From Callorhinchus milii (Eukaryota): a stretch of DNA of 64,000 bases. This document shows positions 34,147-46,541 of the stretch, piece after piece. Numbering within the stretch: the stretch's first letter is position 1; every line of letters starts with the position of its first letter. The stretch lies in NCBI RefSeq assembly GCF_018977255.1, contig NW_024704786.1:372001-436000 (forward strand), written 5' to 3'. Under the pieces are notes generated by a model that saw nothing but the letters and a program-made list of their open reading frames with translations, made no database searches and had not been told where the DNA came from. The translations under genes and the position numbers were made by a program.

Positions 34147-35684
34147 ATGGTTCAGGTTATCTGTCGGTTGCTGGATGAGATTTTGTTGGCCGCACAATTC
34201 ACGGATCCTCCCTACAGTGAGGCCCGAAAGGTGAGCGAGAGACCATTGAGCACCGTCGCCTGTTAATAACAACAACAACAATAATAATAATAATCCTCGC
34301 GTTGGACACAGCGCCTGATCACGTCTTCGCGACGTCTCAAAGCGCTTCACAGGACACACTGTAAAGTGTAGTGACTTAACAACAACACGTGACATTTACC
34401 CAGAGCCTTTCACGTCGGGAGGAAGTCCTCAGGCGCTGGACAGTCGGGGGGTTTGAGCCGAGCTGAAGGTTGGGTTCAGGAGGGGGTGGAGGGGAGGGTG
34501 GGGGATAGGAGGGTGACTGAGAGCGTAGTTGTTCGAAGAGGAGGGTCTTGAGGGAGGCGACGATGGGGTGAGTCGGGGGGGACTGTGGGTTGGAGTTCCA
34601 GAAGGTGGGGCCAGAGAGAGGCTGAAGGACTGACCGACAATGGTGGGGTTCGGGTTAGGGTGGGATTCCACAGAGTGGGATTGGGGGGGTGCGTGTGTGT
34701 GTGTGGGGGGGGTGCGTGTGTGTGTGTGGGGGGGGTGCGTGTGTCTGTCTGTGGGGGTGGGGGGGTTGTCCTGTCCTTTGGTTGAGATGCTGAGTTCCAG
34801 TGGGGAGCAATGTCACCTTGAGCCACTAAGGGGCAGCAGGAGACCAACATTGACCGGCCTCACCGAGACAACCATAGGGGTTGTTGACCCCGGGCCTTGT
34901 CACGTCTTCAAGACGCCTCAAAGGCGTCTGTGTCTGTGTGTTTTGTGGGCGAAACGCGGCACCGGTAACTGGGGCCAAAGAATCCTCCCACTCGACTCCT
35001 GTTAACCCTGTTAACCCTGCGAGCCAAAGCCCTCGGCGGGGGTGGGGATAGGGTGGTCCAAGCTGGACAGGCAGTGGGGGGGGGTCCTGTCGAGGCGTCT
35101 CCACCACACGATAAGGTGCTGGATCGAAGGCGAGGGTTGTTGTTGTTGTTGGACAGCGTTGACCTGCAGGAGGCTCAGTGGCCGAGGAGTGAGACAGGAA
35201 GCGAGGAGGGGTGGGTTTGGTTTGTTGGGAGGTGGTGCATTGATTTCCTGACGGACTGAAATGTGTGGGCAGTGAGGGGGGAGAGAGAGAGAGAGAGAGA
35301 GAGGGGGGGGAGAGGGAGAAAGAGAGTTAGCGAGGGACATAGGGAGGGAGGGAGGGAGAGGGAAGGATGGTGATGGACGGATTTACAATGGATGCTGACT
35401 GGACGGGGAGTAATTATAAAGTCATCCGTGTGAGCGAGAAGCCAAATAGTGCAGGAAGCAGAAAGTGCTGAAGGAGCTCGAGCCGATAACAGCAGCGCCT
35501 GAACCAACACACACTGAGCCACCGGGAATCATCGGCAAATGGGAGACGGAAACTTGAGAGACGCGTCAAACGGTCAGGAGGGAGGGGAAGGGAACACACT
35601 TCGCCCGCAAGACACAGTCACTCCACCTTACAGGACATTCTGTGAAGCCCTTTGAGACGTCTCGAAGACCCGATACGGGTCTCT

Positions 35685-36095
35685 CCCTGTAGCGCAGGGA
35701 GGGGTTAGACCCCCCTCGTCTCACAAAGCCGGAGGACCCGGGTTCGATCCTCAGGCGGGTCAGGTCGGGGCGAAACCTTAGGCAAGTTTCCTTACTCCCC
35801 ACGCACACACGGACACACGCGCGCGCGCCTCTGTTTAACCAGCAGCACGTAGGGACCCGGTTGTTAGTCGATTGGGGGGATCACTTTTCCGGGGATAATA
35901 ATTCCTTCAAAAATAATAATAATTTGGTCGCTTCAATCCACGGCTGTTTGTGGGGACGTCGCCGGGCGCGATCAGCTGCCGCGTTCCACCCACGAGAACA
36001 CACGGTCACTACACTTCATAGCACATCCTGTGAAACGCTTTTGAGACGTCTCAACGATGTGATAAGACGCTATAATCAAATTTAAGGGTTATTAT
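35685..36095 (+). mobile_element. Full-length SINE
   Basis: Family head, core and tail. Confidence 0.85.
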
Positions 36096-37089
36096 CGAGC
36101 GACTGTGAATCAGCAGCAAATAGGAGATGTGAACAGGAACCCGGGAGCTCGACCAAACAGGCAGAGGAAGGAATAAATTACGCCCACAAAATACAGTGTG
36201 AAGTGCTTTGGGACATCTCAACGAGGTGATGAGGATTAATATCCTAATTATTATTGGAATTTTTATAATAGAATCATTTGTATAATTACTATTCTATTGA
36301 ATCATAATTACGATATAGAGTGCAGTGACTGTGGGATGTTCAGGGCAACGTGGCAGTGAGTTTGCGCACAGCGACATCCAGCAAACAGCTGTGACATGAA
36401 ATCAACTTGTATTTACATACTGCTTACTGCTGGGTAAACAGAGGTGTGTGCGTGTGCGTGTGTGTGTCCGTGTGTGTGTGTCCGTGTGTGTGTGTGTGCG
36501 TATGTGTGTGTGGGGAGTAAGGAAACTTCCTAAGGTTTCGCCCTATCCGGGAATTGAACCCAGATCCTCTCGCTTGCGAGGCGAGGGGGGCTCTAACCCC
36601 TGAGTTACGGGACTCCACACAGAGTGGGACAGGTTTAATGTACTGTGAAGTGTAGTGACTGTGTATTTTGTGGGCGAAACACAGCCTGGCTGGGGAAGCT
36701 AGATGGAGCTCACACTCAGCTCGGGATCAAAGGCGGTGAGACACCGTGTGCTCACGTCTGAGCTGAGCGGAATATTACCGCTGGAATATTGCTCCCATCT
36801 GCTTATCATATGTATATATATATATATGTGTGTGTGTCTGCGTTACACCCACTCAATAAATACTTCTGTACAGGAAATAACTTCACAGTGTAAAAGGATA
36901 GTGAGGTCAGGACAGAGGGAATGTTGAAAGCTCTCGTTCCTCGTCATCATCAACAACTACTACTTGCATTTGCACAGCGCCCCTCAGACTGGGTAGCGCC
37001 CCAGAGCGCCTGACAGTGACGGGGGGGGGGGGGGGGCTATAGGCACTGGTCGAAGAGGCAGGACTGAAGATGGGGAAGGAGTGTGGGGA

Positions 37090-37440
37090 TGAGGCGGGGG
37101 GGGGGGGGGGGGGGGATGGGTGGGGGGAGGCGGGGGATTGGGTGGGGGAGACGGGGGGATTGGGTGGGGGAGGCGGAGGGATTGGGTGGGGGTGGCGTGG
37201 GGATTGGGTGGGGGAGGCGGAGGGATTGGGTGGGGGAGGCGGAGGGATTGGGTGGGGGGAGGCGGGGGGATTGGGTGGGGGAGGCGGGGGGATTGGGTGG
37301 GGGGAGACGGGGGGATTGGGTGGGGGGAGGCGGAGGGATTGGGTGGGGGTGGCGGAGGGATTGGGTGGGGGGAGGCGGGGGGATTGGGTGGGGGGAGGCG
37401 GGGGGATTGGGTGGGGGGAGGCGGGGGAGGTGGGGGGAGA
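37090..37440. repeat. G-rich ~23-bp minisatellite continuing an L2 fragment
   Basis: Unit GGGATTGGGTGGGGGAGGCGG. Confidence 0.88.
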
Positions 37441-38654
37441 CGGGAATGCAAATTCAGCCACACCTGGTCCGGACTGTGTACTTTTGAACCAAAGGCCATC
37501 GGTGACTTATTTACTATTGCAGAAGAGTATTTAATCATATCTACAGGATAATTCATTTCACATTTTAGTGTCTCTGTCACCAGTTTCCCCCTCTCTGTCT
37601 GTGTGGCTCAACACAACAGCACAGATCCACAGCCCTTTCAGGATTAACCCTGTAGGGGTAGTGTTTGGCCATCTTGTCTCGCGAGCGAGAAGACTTGGCT
37701 TTCGTTCCCTGGATTAGTTGGTTAGACTCCAGCAGTTACCCCAACGCACACTCTGGGCTCACCCCCCATACCCCCCCCAAGCCTTGGCTCTCGCCAACCT
37801 GCGCCTAATACTCTCCGGAATTAGGTAAGCAGAGGGCGTCCCTCCAGGGAGAGAGAGAGCGCATCCCATCCCAACAATCTCTCTCTGGGGTTTCCGGGTG
37901 TGGAATGTGGGGGGGATGTGGGGAATTCTCAGTCGGGTCTGGAGATTCTTGATAATAATCCTCACCTTTGATATAGCGCATTTGATATAGCGCCTACTTA
38001 TTGTGAGCTGAACAGGTGAGTTTGTGTGTGGGGGGGGGGGGGGGGCAAAGGAAACTCACTTAAGCTATTGTCCCACCCGCATCTCGTCCACAAAAATACA
38101 CAGTCACTACACTTTACAGTATAATCCTGTGGAGCGCTTTGAGACGTCTCGCGGAGGTGGTCAGGCGCCGGGATATCGTTATACTATCGATGGTGTGGAG
38201 TGGAACCCATTGTTTGGGATGAGTTAGGGCTGAGAGATTGCTGACGGCACATCACCCCATGTGCAAAAAACTACCTTGACAACCGCTGTAAACGCGCACA
38301 AACACTGGCGTGGTCACCGTGGGGCTCTGCCGAGCTCCGCGTTCTCGCTGGAATCTCACTTACCACAAAGGAGGCTTCAATATCTTTATTGTCATCTCAG
38401 TCCCTGAGGGATGTGACTCAGATTAATAATAATAATAATAATGATGACGATTGTTGTGTTTGTGGAAGCGCTGGTAACCAGCGGTGTGTGTGTGGGGGGG
38501 GGGGGGGGGATAGAAGGAAACTTGCCTAAGGTTTCGCCCTGACCTGCCCCGGGAATCGAACCTGAGTCCTCTCACTTGCGAGGCTCTAACCAATATAGTA
38601 CAGGACTCTGTAGGGTAATCAATACAGGACAGTATTGGAGGAGAGATTCTGTCC

Positions 38655-38795
38655 CGGTCTAGTTTTACTCAGTAGCACTCTTGCCTCCTGAGTCAGAAGG
38701 TTGTGGGTTCAAGACCCACATCACGACTGTTTAAGCCGCCGTCCAGTCTGACATTCCAATACGTACAGTGTTGTGGGAGTGCTGTATTGTCAGGA
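38655..38795 (+). mobile_element. Second, distinct tRNA-derived SINE (head fragment)
   Basis: CTCAGTAGCACTCTTGCC...GAGTCAGAAGGTTGTGGGTTCAAG; reverse copy at 43825-43895, partial copy at 6733-6770. Confidence 0.6.
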
Positions 38796-39384
38796 GGAGG
38801 CCATTCAGCCCCTCGAGCCTGTTCTGCCATTCTGTTAGACCTGTACCTCAACTCCAATTGCCTGCCTTTGCCCCCATATCCCTCGATCCCCCCGACCTGA
38901 TAAACACCTCTCAGTCTGGACAACGTGAATGGATTGAGCCGTAATCCACAGCCTTTTGTGGGGGAGAGAGAGAGAGAGACATTCCCACTACTCTTTACGT
39001 GCGATGAGATGTCAGATCAAGGCTGTGGCTGTTGAGGAGCGCAAAGCACTATTGGTAAAGAGAAGGGAGTTTGTGAACTCTGTTTAACATCTCTTCAGAA
39101 CGATGGAATGTCTCAGTGATACAGCGCCACACCCCAGTATGACTGGAGCGACAACTGGACAACATACAAGTTGACGTCTTCAAATCTCTTCAGGTCCTGA
39201 CACCTCCCCACCTCCCCGACTCCACTACCCTCTGCCTCCGCTCGGCTGGCTCCGGCCTCCTGCTTGTCCCTCGTCCCCTCCGCTCCACCATCAACCACAG
39301 CGCCCCGAAACTCTGGAACTCTCTGCCCCCCAATCCCCCGCCTCGCCTCCCGCACTGCGTTGGGGGATTGTTGGCCAAGACACA

Positions 39385-39900
39385 GATTTAAGATAAACGG
39401 CAAAAACACCAGAGGGGAGACGAGGAGACATTGTTTTACCCGGAGAGTTGTTAATGTCTGGAACCCACAGCCTGAAAGGCTGATGGGAGCAAATCCCATA
39501 ATGGCTTTGAAAAGAGAACTGAATTGAAAAGGAACAATGTGCAGAGCTGTGGGGTAAGAGTGGGGGAGTGGGGACTAGTTGGGGTAAGAGGGGGGGAGTG
39601 GGGACTAGTTGGGGTAAGAGGGGGGGAGTGGGGACTAGTTGGGGTAAGAGTGGGGGGAGTGGGGACTAGTTGGGGGTAAGAGTGGGGGGAGTGGGGACTA
39701 GTTGGGGTAAGAGGGAGGGAGTGGGGACTAGTTGGGGTAAGGGGGGGAGTGGGGACTAGTTGGGGTAAGAGTGGGGGAGTGGGGACTAGTTGGGGGTAAG
39801 AGTGGGGGAGTGGGGACTAGTTGGGGTAAGAGTGGGGGGGAGTGGGGACTGGTTAGTGGCTCTTCCGATGAGTCGAATGGCCTCCTCCTGTGCTGTAAGA
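39385..39900 (+). mobile_element. CR1-clade LINE 3' end with an internal ~30-bp minisatellite expansion
   Basis: Translates to RHCFTRRVVNVWN; GAATGGCCTCCTCCTG tail. Related fragments near 10300, 10550, 13160, 29430, 33540, 38790 and 59600. Confidence 0.78.
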
Positions 39901-40649
39901 TCCTGCGAGTGTGCGGTTGCCGGTCGTTGCGTGGCTCAGGGCTACAGAGGGCCGCCATGTTGCTCACCGAGCCCCCAGAAGGGAGGCTCGCGAAGCTATC
40001 TGGAAACTGTCAGAAATGGCGGGGGCTGCGTCCCAGGGTTTGTTTGCGACTGACAGGAAGTCTTGTTTACACTTACAGATTCCTCAGAACATGCCTGGGA
40101 TGTTTGGAGGCCGCGCTCAGCACATTTGACATTGTTTGGGCAAAATTTCCTTCAGTTTCGTGTAAAAAGTTTCAATCTATTTTTGGTTCGCCCGGGTGCC
40201 TGGCACATGTGGACACCCAGCGCTGTCTGCACGAATTCCAAACCTCACTGAGATTTCTGATTATATATAATATATTGATATATATACATATACATAAATA
40301 TATTAGCTACACGTGGAAATAACCCTTGGGATGGACTGGACCCTCTCTCTGTCTCCCCAGGAGATAAATGTACCCTATTTACCAAATTATTATAATAATA
40401 TAATAATATAATAATTATATCTTATCACCTCGTTGAGATGTCTCGAAGCGTTTCAAACCTTAGGCAAGTTTCCTGACTCCTCGCTGCAATTTTCCCCCTC
40501 GTTTTTTGTATCATTAACGCCCTTCTAACCCACCATCCCCTGTCCTTCTCCCCCATTTTCCCCTTTGTCTTCCGTGCCTTCCCCCCCCCCTTCCCCCCAC
40601 CCTCTCTGTTCGCCCTTAAAAGCCTCTCCCTCCCTCCCTCCCGACCTGC

Positions 40650-40795
40650 CCCAGTTCTGCCGAAGGGTCGTGCACCCGAAACATGGACCCACTTTCCGCT
40701 CTCCGTGGATGCTGCCCGACCGCTGAGTGAGCGTTCCCGGCCACTTCTGTTTTTGTTTCAGATTTCCAGCGTCTGCCGCGCGTTGTGTTTTGCGG
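40650..40795 (+). mobile_element. Penelope-like terminal fragment with degenerate hammerhead core
   Basis: CTGCCGA-A-GGGT(cgtgc)ACCC-GAAAC followed by GATGCTGCCCGACC...TTTCAGATTTCCAGC; a second copy is at 22447-22570. Confidence 0.6.
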
Positions 40796-41649
40796 TAACT
40801 GTAAGCCTGACTGACCTACGTGGTATATATATATATATATATATATATATTTTCAGAGGAATCAGCAACCAACCTCTCGAAATAAATGTTAAAAAGGCAT
40901 TTCCTGTTTTCTCTTTGGTTTTCCCACGTTTTCCTGAGGATTCCTGGTGTGTGGGAGAATGGGTCAGGCCCCGGCGAAAGGGTTTCTCAATCGCCAGCTA
41001 CAGAAAAGGAACAATTAATAATCCCGGCGTGTGACCCGGCGCCTGATCACGTCGTTGAGACGTCTCAAAGCGCTTCGCGGGATCTGCTGTAAAGTGTAGT
41101 GACTGTGTGTTTTGGGGAGAAACGCGGCAGCCAATTGCGCCCGGCGACGTGCCCACAAACCGTCGTGGGTTGAGTTGACCAAAGATTCTAAAGGGACTGG
41201 ATCGCGTCGGCCACGATAAGCTGTACAGTGTGTCCTGTGAAGCGCTTTGAGACATCTCGAAGACGCGATAAGGCGTCGGATCAAAGGCAAATGTTATTAT
41301 ATTATTATTATTACAATCTCACAGGTAGGACTCACTCCCCAGTTCAGGGCTGTTTGCCAAGTAACGCAGTAAAACACCGGCCCCATCACCTGTGGCAGAT
41401 TCGAACGGCTTCTGCAGACAACCTTGAAGAGTCGAGAGACTTTGCGTGGGAAATGACGTCAAGGCCCAGCAGCTGGTAAAAGGATCTCGCTGTGCGGGAT
41501 GTGTGTCTGAGCAACGAGAAGGAAATTCATGCAGGTAAAATAAATCAAGGAAGTCAAAACAAGATACCAGACTCCAAATTCCTTGCAGTTTTCCCCTGAA
41601 GTCATCGTTTTCAAATGTAAGATTGTGTGGAACAATTCAGGAGTTAATT

Positions 41650-42043
41650 ATTAATAATAACGATCTTTGCATTTGATATCATTGAGACGTCTCAAAGCGC
41701 TTCACAGGATACACTGTAAAGTGAATTTACTGTATATTTTGTGGTCGAAACACGGCAGCCAATTGCGCACAGCGGTTTTCCCTCAAACAGCCGTGGATTG
41801 AGTGACCAAATTATTTTTTTTTATTACTATTTATTATTTTGAAGGGATTATTACCCCCGGAAAAGCGATCCGCCAATCGACGAACAACCGGGATCCTACT
41901 GACTGCTGCTAAACAGAAGCGAGTGTGTATGGAGTAAGGAAACTTGCCTAAGGTTTCGCCCTGACCTGCCCCGCCCGGGAATCGAACCCGGGTCCTCTCG
42001 CTTGCGAGGCGAGGGGTCTAACCCCTGAGCTACCGGGCTCTAC
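41650..42043 (-). mobile_element. Full-length SINE, same family, inverted relative to the 42530 copy
   Basis: Reverse complement of head, core and tail. Confidence 0.88.
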
Positions 42044-42529
42044 AAATGGAGTCACATTGAACGCCCTTGGTATGAATCCTGGTTTGACACTCTCTCTCTG
42101 GGTTCCCGGGTGTGGGGGGATGTGGGGAATTCTCAGTCGGGTTTGGAGACTCTTAAGCCACAGTGACGGGTTTCCGTGTGTGTCAGACACCCGGACGGTC
42201 ACGGTGACGGGTTTCCGCGTGTGTCAGACACCCGACCGGTCACGGTGACGGGTTTCCGTGGGTGTCAGACACCCGGACGGTCACGGTGACGGGTTTCCGT
42301 GGGTGTCAGACACCCGGTTGAGCCCCCAAAAAATTGAGGCTGGTGTCCACTAATTATGTTAGAAGGAAGTTAGACAGTGTAGATTCTTGGAGGAGGAATA
42401 TTAAAGGGTGTGGACAGTGAGCAGGAAAGGAGGATTCTGACTCACGTGCAGAAAAATCTCAACACAGACTGAAAGCAATCAATGGACTGATTATTTCTCA
42501 ATTTCTGTGATTCTAGTTCTGGATACACA

Positions 42530-42962
42530 GTGGAGTCCCTGTAGCTCAGGGGTTAGACCCCTCCCCTCGTAAGCCAGAGGACCTGGGTTCGATTCCCGGG
42601 CGGGTCAGGTTAGGGCGAAACCACAAGGCAAGTTTCCTTACCCCCCCCACACACACACCCACCCACACACACACACCCACACACACACCCACACACACAC
42701 CCACACGCCTGTTTACCAGCAGTCATTCGGAACCCAGTTGTTAGTCAATTGGGGGATCACTTTCCGGGGGTAATAATCATTAAAAAAAAATGGTCACTCA
42801 ATCCACGGCTGTTTGTGGGGATGTCGCCGGGCGCAATTGGCTACTGCGTTTCGCCCACAAACTACACAGTCACCACACCTCACAACATATGCTGCAAAGC
42901 GTTTTGAGACGTCTCAACCACGTGATAAGGCCGGCCCTCAGTCAAACGCGAGGATTGTTATT
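42530..42962 (+). mobile_element. Full-length tRNA-derived SINE (dominant family, dozens of copies or fragments in window)
   Basis: A-box-like GTAGCTCAGGGG, B-box GGTTCGATTCC, (CA)n linker, shared core, L2-like tail with (TTA)n. Confidence 0.88.
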
Positions 42963-45639
42963 GCTGCAGGTCAGCGATGCCCTGTACCAATGCAAATGCA
43001 ACGAATGAAGGTATCGGAGTTCTCGGAATTCAAGGTTGACGGGGCAGAGACTTCCTGTTGTACGTGAGCCGTTGGTTGGAGTTCGGTGAGAACAAGGTCG
43101 ATGGAAGAATCACAGGTTCCCAACCACCCAGAGGAACGTCACAACGCAACACTCTTGGCTCCTCTGGTCTTGTGGTCTTGTGTGTTCACGGTGTTCTGGG
43201 AATGGCTGTGTTCTTGGGAAACTAGTGTGTACGTGTCATTATAGCATTCCTTTACCTGTACGTACGCACACCTTAACCCCCCGCAGCAACCAATCCCAGT
43301 TCTGTGGTTCACAACAGGACACGACAAGCTTTTGAAAAACCGCTGGGAGGGGAAGTGCTTGAGGTTGCGAAAATATCGTTCGCCTGCAAGTTCACAGTCA
43401 CTCCACTTCACGTGGATCTTGTGAAGCACTTTGGGAGGTCCTCCAAATGCAAGGATTTTGCCCACAAGTACACAGTCAATCTACTTTATAATATAATATA
43501 ATGTAATGGCAGAAAAGTGATATGCCAATCAACTAAACAACTGGGTTCCTACTCACTGCTCAGCAAACAGAGGTGTGTGTGTGTGTGGAGTAAGGAAACT
43601 TGCCCAATGTTTTGATCTGCTGGGAGTCCGAGTTTCTCCCGCTGGGAATTATTATTATTATTAACTTCTCTCCCTTCACCATTCCATCTCGCCACCTCTC
43701 TTTCTGCCTTGAAGACTTTCTTCTTTAACTGTCAACTCCCGTTTCTCCCGGGCTCGGCATCAAACCGCGCCATTGATCAGCGCTCCGAGACCTTATCCCA
43801 GGTGAAGTCCTCTGTGTGAACACCCTCGCCCACTGGGCTCGAACCCACAACCTTCTGACTCAATTGACGTGAGCGCTACCGACCGAGCAACAGTCCCACA
43901 CAGCTGAGAACTGTTAGTTGATGGACAGATCGCTTTCCGGAGGTGGTAATCCCTTCCCAAGAAAACAATTATAATTTGGTCACTCAATCCACGGCTGTTT
44001 GAGAGACAGCGCTGTCCGCAATTGGCGGCTGAGTTTCGCCCCCACTCACAAAAAAAATTCACTCCAATCCATATTCTGAGAAGCGCTTTGAGGCGTCTCG
44101 AAGACGTACGTGATAAGGCGCCGGATCAAACCTAAGGATTATTATTATTATAAGAACGGCACGAAAACGGAAAGCTCGGGGGTCATCAGATTTTATCCCA
44201 GCACCGACATCAGCCCAAAATAAAAAAATGATGTGTCCATTTGTGTTTTTCTGCCTATTTAATGGTTCCTAACAATAGTTCCTAATCAGTTCCTGTTGGG
44301 TACGTTACAGACACTGGTAACAATACAGCACGAACTGTACAGCCTCACCGAGGAGACGGCTGTAGGAAATGGGAGTGCCACATTGCTTCAGTTTTGTGCG
44401 TGGGGATGGGTTGGGGAGATTATTGATGAGGTTGGTCAACTCGCAGAAAAGGTCACCACTACCTGCACTTTAACGCGCGCTGGTGATCTGTAATCTGCAT
44501 TCCTCGAAGCTGAACTGGCTCCGAGGAATGTGGGGAGCGATTCCCCCCTCCCCTCCACCACCACCGCTCTGTGACGGTCTCTAGTCCCGATTCCTGAGCC
44601 AGGAGGGGCCGCAGTATTCCAGGGCACTCACTGCTGGTGGCAGCCCGGCCCGGCTCATCGGCAGGACCTGGAAGGGCCGACCAGTCACTGGGAGCAGGGA
44701 ATCCTTCCCCTCAGCCCTGTTAACCCCACAGCCAAAGCCCCAACTAACTAACCAACAGGGAGGTTGGTCCGAGCAGGACAAGCAGCGGGAAAGCTTGCCG
44801 GACAGCAAGATGGGGTTTTAGCTGGTCAGGCTCCAGCGGTTACCCCAACCAGAGGGTCTCCAAACCTCGGCTCTCGCCGACCTCCACCTAATACTCTCTG
44901 GAATTAGAAAAGAAGGATGTGTCTCTTGAGAGTGTGAAATACTACCAACAATAACAATCCTTGCGTTTGACACAGAGCCTTATCACCTCTTCGAGGCGTC
45001 TCAAAGCGCTTCACTGAATATACTGTGAAGTGTAGTGACTGTGTTTTGTGGGCGAAACACAAGGCAATTGCTTATTCTGCAACAACTGGATGATGTCCAA
45101 CCTCAACAACAACTTGCACTTCATGCTGGGCAGCGTCTCAGGCGCTTAACAGTGCCGGAGCACTGATTCTGAGCCGGTGGGGGAGTGGTGCTAAACCCGG
45201 TCGGAGAGGAAAGTTTTCGGGCGCGACTTGAAAAAGCGGAGGTGGTGGGGGGGGGGGGGACAAGGCGGAGGGGTTGAGGGACAGTGTGACAAGAGTTTTG
45301 GGGCGTAGTGGCTGAAAGCACGACCTCCGACGGTGGGGCGGAGGTTGCGAGGGACGAACAGGAGGCCAGTGCCAGTCGAGCGGAGGTGATTTCCCCCCAT
45401 CTTTCCCCTCCCTATGTCCCTCTCCCCCTCTTCCCCCCCTAAGTTCCCCCCTATGTTCCCCCATCTTTTCCGTTTCCCCTCTATGTTCCCCCATCTTTCC
45501 CCTCCCTAAGTCCCCCTCCCCCTCTTCCCCCCCTATGTTCCCCCCATCTTTTCCCTTTCCCTTCTATGTTCCCCCTCTCTTTTCCCCCATCATCTTTCCC
45601 CCCTCCCCATCAACCACCCCCCACTCCCTTCATTGAACT

Positions 45640-46409
45640 ACATTTCCCAGCATGCCCGCCACCTCGTCTCATCCTCCGGCGTGGAAACTGCAGCTCCCGG
45701 CGTGCCCCGCGAGGCGACCCGCACCACGTGGGTGCGGAAGCGCCGGCAGCTGACCGAGGGCGCCGGGGAGGCGGGACCCGGGGCGGGTCACGTGCTTGCG
45801 GCAGGAGCCAACCAGGAGCCGGAAAGGGAGGTGATCACGTGCCCCATCCCTCCCGCCCTCTCTCGCGCGCGCGCGCGCGCTCCCTCTCGCTAGGCCCCGC
45901 CTCCCAGCGCGAGCCGCAGCCGTTTTTTTTCGAATCGGGAGCCGAAGGCGCGAGACGGCGGAAGTGGAGAGGCACGAGCGGTGGGCGCCAAAGCGAGAGG
46001 CAGTCAGTCAGTCAGTCAGGTCACAGTCCCCCGTCCAGTCGGTGGGAGACACAGCGCGCGGGGCGAGTTGAGAGTGAGCGAGCGAGCGAGTGAGTGAGCG
46101 GAACGGAGGCGGGAGTAGAGGACGAAAGAGGCCGCGCGTCGTGAGGTAGCGTGTGAGGCGGCGGCACCGTGAGGGAGACAGACAGACAGACAGACAAGAC
46201 AGGGAGCGAGCGAGCGAGCGAGCACGAAGAACCGACACCGGCCCACCCCGAGCGGGGAGGGAGCGCTCAGCCCGGCCCGGCCCCGGGACTCTCCTCACCT
46301 CACCTCCTCCTCCTCCTCCTCGGCCTCACTCACCTTGGAAGCGGCTCTCCCCTCCCTTCACACACACACACACACCGTTCCTCCTCCCTCTCCCCCCCCC
46401 CCCCCGGAG
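45640..46409 (+). promoter_or_regulatory. ACTN4 CpG-island promoter and 5' UTR
   Basis: High CpG density, CACGTG at 45725, 45789 and 45836, GC boxes, CGGAAG motifs, alternating CG run at 45864-45880. Confidence 0.8.
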
Positions 46410-46541
46410 ATGGTGGACTATCACGCGGCCAACGCGCCGCAGTCGGTGCCTCAGGCCAACCACGGCGAGTACATGCACCCCGAGGACGACTGGGACCGCG
46501 ACCTGTTACTGGACCCCGCCTGGGAGCGGCAGCAGCGCAAG
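46410..46541 (+). CDS. ACTN4: Alpha-actinin-4 exon 1 (MVDYHAAN...[20 protein letters not shown]); intron 1 runs past the window end
   Basis: ACTN4-specific MVDYHAAN start, actinin [11 protein letters not shown] motif, phase-0 donor GTAACT; lies downstream of EIF3K as in human. Confidence 0.96.

Noticed and set aside
35150-35600. Possible additional small gene between EIF3K and ACTN4
   Set aside because: No frame gives a recognisable peptide or a consistent exon chain
42530-42610. tRNA gene
   Set aside because: The A/B boxes continue into the SINE body; no complete cloverleaf or terminator
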